64,000 nt of DNA from the NCBI RefSeq assembly GCF_000315625.1, contig NW_005434672.1:713374-777373 (forward strand), read 5' to 3'. Positions 63,118 through 64,000 of this stretch are shown here, one piece after another. The notes below the pieces were generated by a model. The model did not search any database and was not told where the DNA came from. It was given only the letters and a program-made list of their open reading frames with translations. The DNA is from Guillardia theta CCMP2712. Taxonomy: Eukaryota > Protista > Cryptophyta. Both the position numbers and the translations under genes were made by a program. The stretch's first letter is position 1, and each line of letters starts with the position of its first letter.

Positions 63118-64000
63118 ATGCTTGCCGATCGATGGAAGGGATTGAGACTCCTATGCTTCATCTTACTCTGGCAAGTCATGCCTGGGGCGCTGACGTCAGT
63201 AGGAAACAACGGCATGGATGGAGGAGAACGGGTCATGTTCGTTTCTAAGATCACAAAACTTGTGCGGCGAGGCCCTCGCATGTTCGCAGTTCTGGACGAA
63301 GACAAGTACCTACCCTTGTCGCACCCTCAGGAATGTCCCCGTCCCCCTGGACTACAATTTGAGGAAGGGCAATGGCTGAAGATTGAGGCTCGCAGGAACA
63401 TGGACGCTTCGAAGAACCCTTGGACATGCACTCGCGTCATTTCTGCAGTTTCTCCGCCCTCCATGACACCTCAGTACATCGATAGACCATGGCAGGGCAT
63501 GAATAATCCTACGGGGATGCTTCCACCGCACGCCGAACCAGCGCAAAACGCCTACCAGCATGGAAAGAATGTGTTCCAGCAGGACGTGGGCGGAGCAGAT
63601 GTAGGCTGGAACGAGGGGCAGCCATTGGGCATGATGCAGCAAAGACCTCACGGGTACCCAGCGCCTGGCAGCGTACCCCAGTACGTCGCACAGGATAATT
63701 ACGCTCCACGTGCAGACATGCCGTCCTTTGTTCCATCACCTGGGAAAAGACCCGCCTCCTCCCTCAACCCAGGCTTCCACAGCGGGGCTCGAATGCCGAT
63801 GGGGCTCCGGGGCAGCATGCAGTACGGGGAAGGATCGTTGCAGCCGGTGAAGATGCACAGAGGGAAGTCTTGGGACTCCGGAGGTTACAGGCAGCCGACA
63901 GAGGAAATGTTGGCCGAGGATATAAAAACGTGCCGCAAGTACATGGACCTGATTAGATGCCTCGATAGTTACTTTGCCTCTTCTCCCATCAGCGATCTGA
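63118..64000 (+). CDS. 5' part of a signal-peptide-bearing hypothetical protein (runs off the window)
   Basis: Stop-free frame from ATG 63118 to the window end, beginning MLADRWKGLRLLCFILLWQVMPGALT. It is absent from the ORF track because it has no stop. Confidence 0.7.
   Translation, partial: MLADRWKGLRLLCFILLWQVMPGALTSVGNNGMDGGERVMFVSKITKLVRRGPRMFAVLDEDKYLPLSHPQECPRPPGLQFEEGQWLKIEARRNMDASKNPWTCTRVISAVSPPSMTPQYIDRPWQGMNNPTGMLPPHAEPAQNAYQHGKNVFQQDVGGADVGWNEGQPLGMMQQRPHGYPAPGSVPQYVAQDNYAPRADMPSFVPSPGKRPASSLNPGFHSGARMPMGLRGSMQYGEGSLQPVKMHRGKSWDSGGYRQPTEEMLAEDIKTCRKYMDLIRCLDSYFASSPISDL

Overview
Gene-dense eukaryotic nuclear DNA with many short (~40-60 nt) GT-AG introns and bipartite plastid-targeting presequences (e.g. 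ASA-FAP). By inference this is a cryptophyte alga, Guillardia theta-like. About 22 protein genes are supportable: a secreted S8 protease with EGF/CUB domains, plastid ATP sulfurylase, a bacterial-type aldo-keto reductase, a BART-START fusion, an alpha/beta hydrolase, an ARM protein, a single-domain voltage-gated channel with EF-hand, a Nudix hydrolase, two PDZ genes (one also carrying CBM48), a coiled-coil protein, an RWP-RK factor, a TPT-family transporter, EFHB/CFAP21, a DYRK-like kinase, DMC1, an S41 protease, an M17 aminopeptidase and several hypotheticals. There is also a tRNA-Ser(TGA). A ~10 kb nest of scrambled CRE-like (RT + RLE) non-LTR retrotransposon fragments surrounds a 100-N gap. 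The strongest unexplained signals are four. (1) Palindromic micro-insertions in some retroelement copies share their vocabulary with GC-rich palindromic intergenic islands. (2) A ubiquitin-tail-like LRGG motif ends three presequences. (3) The PDZ-TM-CBM48 gene is predicted to be periplastid-targeted. (4) The single-domain channel has an atypical AYGKW filter. All exon boundaries and family calls were made by eye, without database searches.
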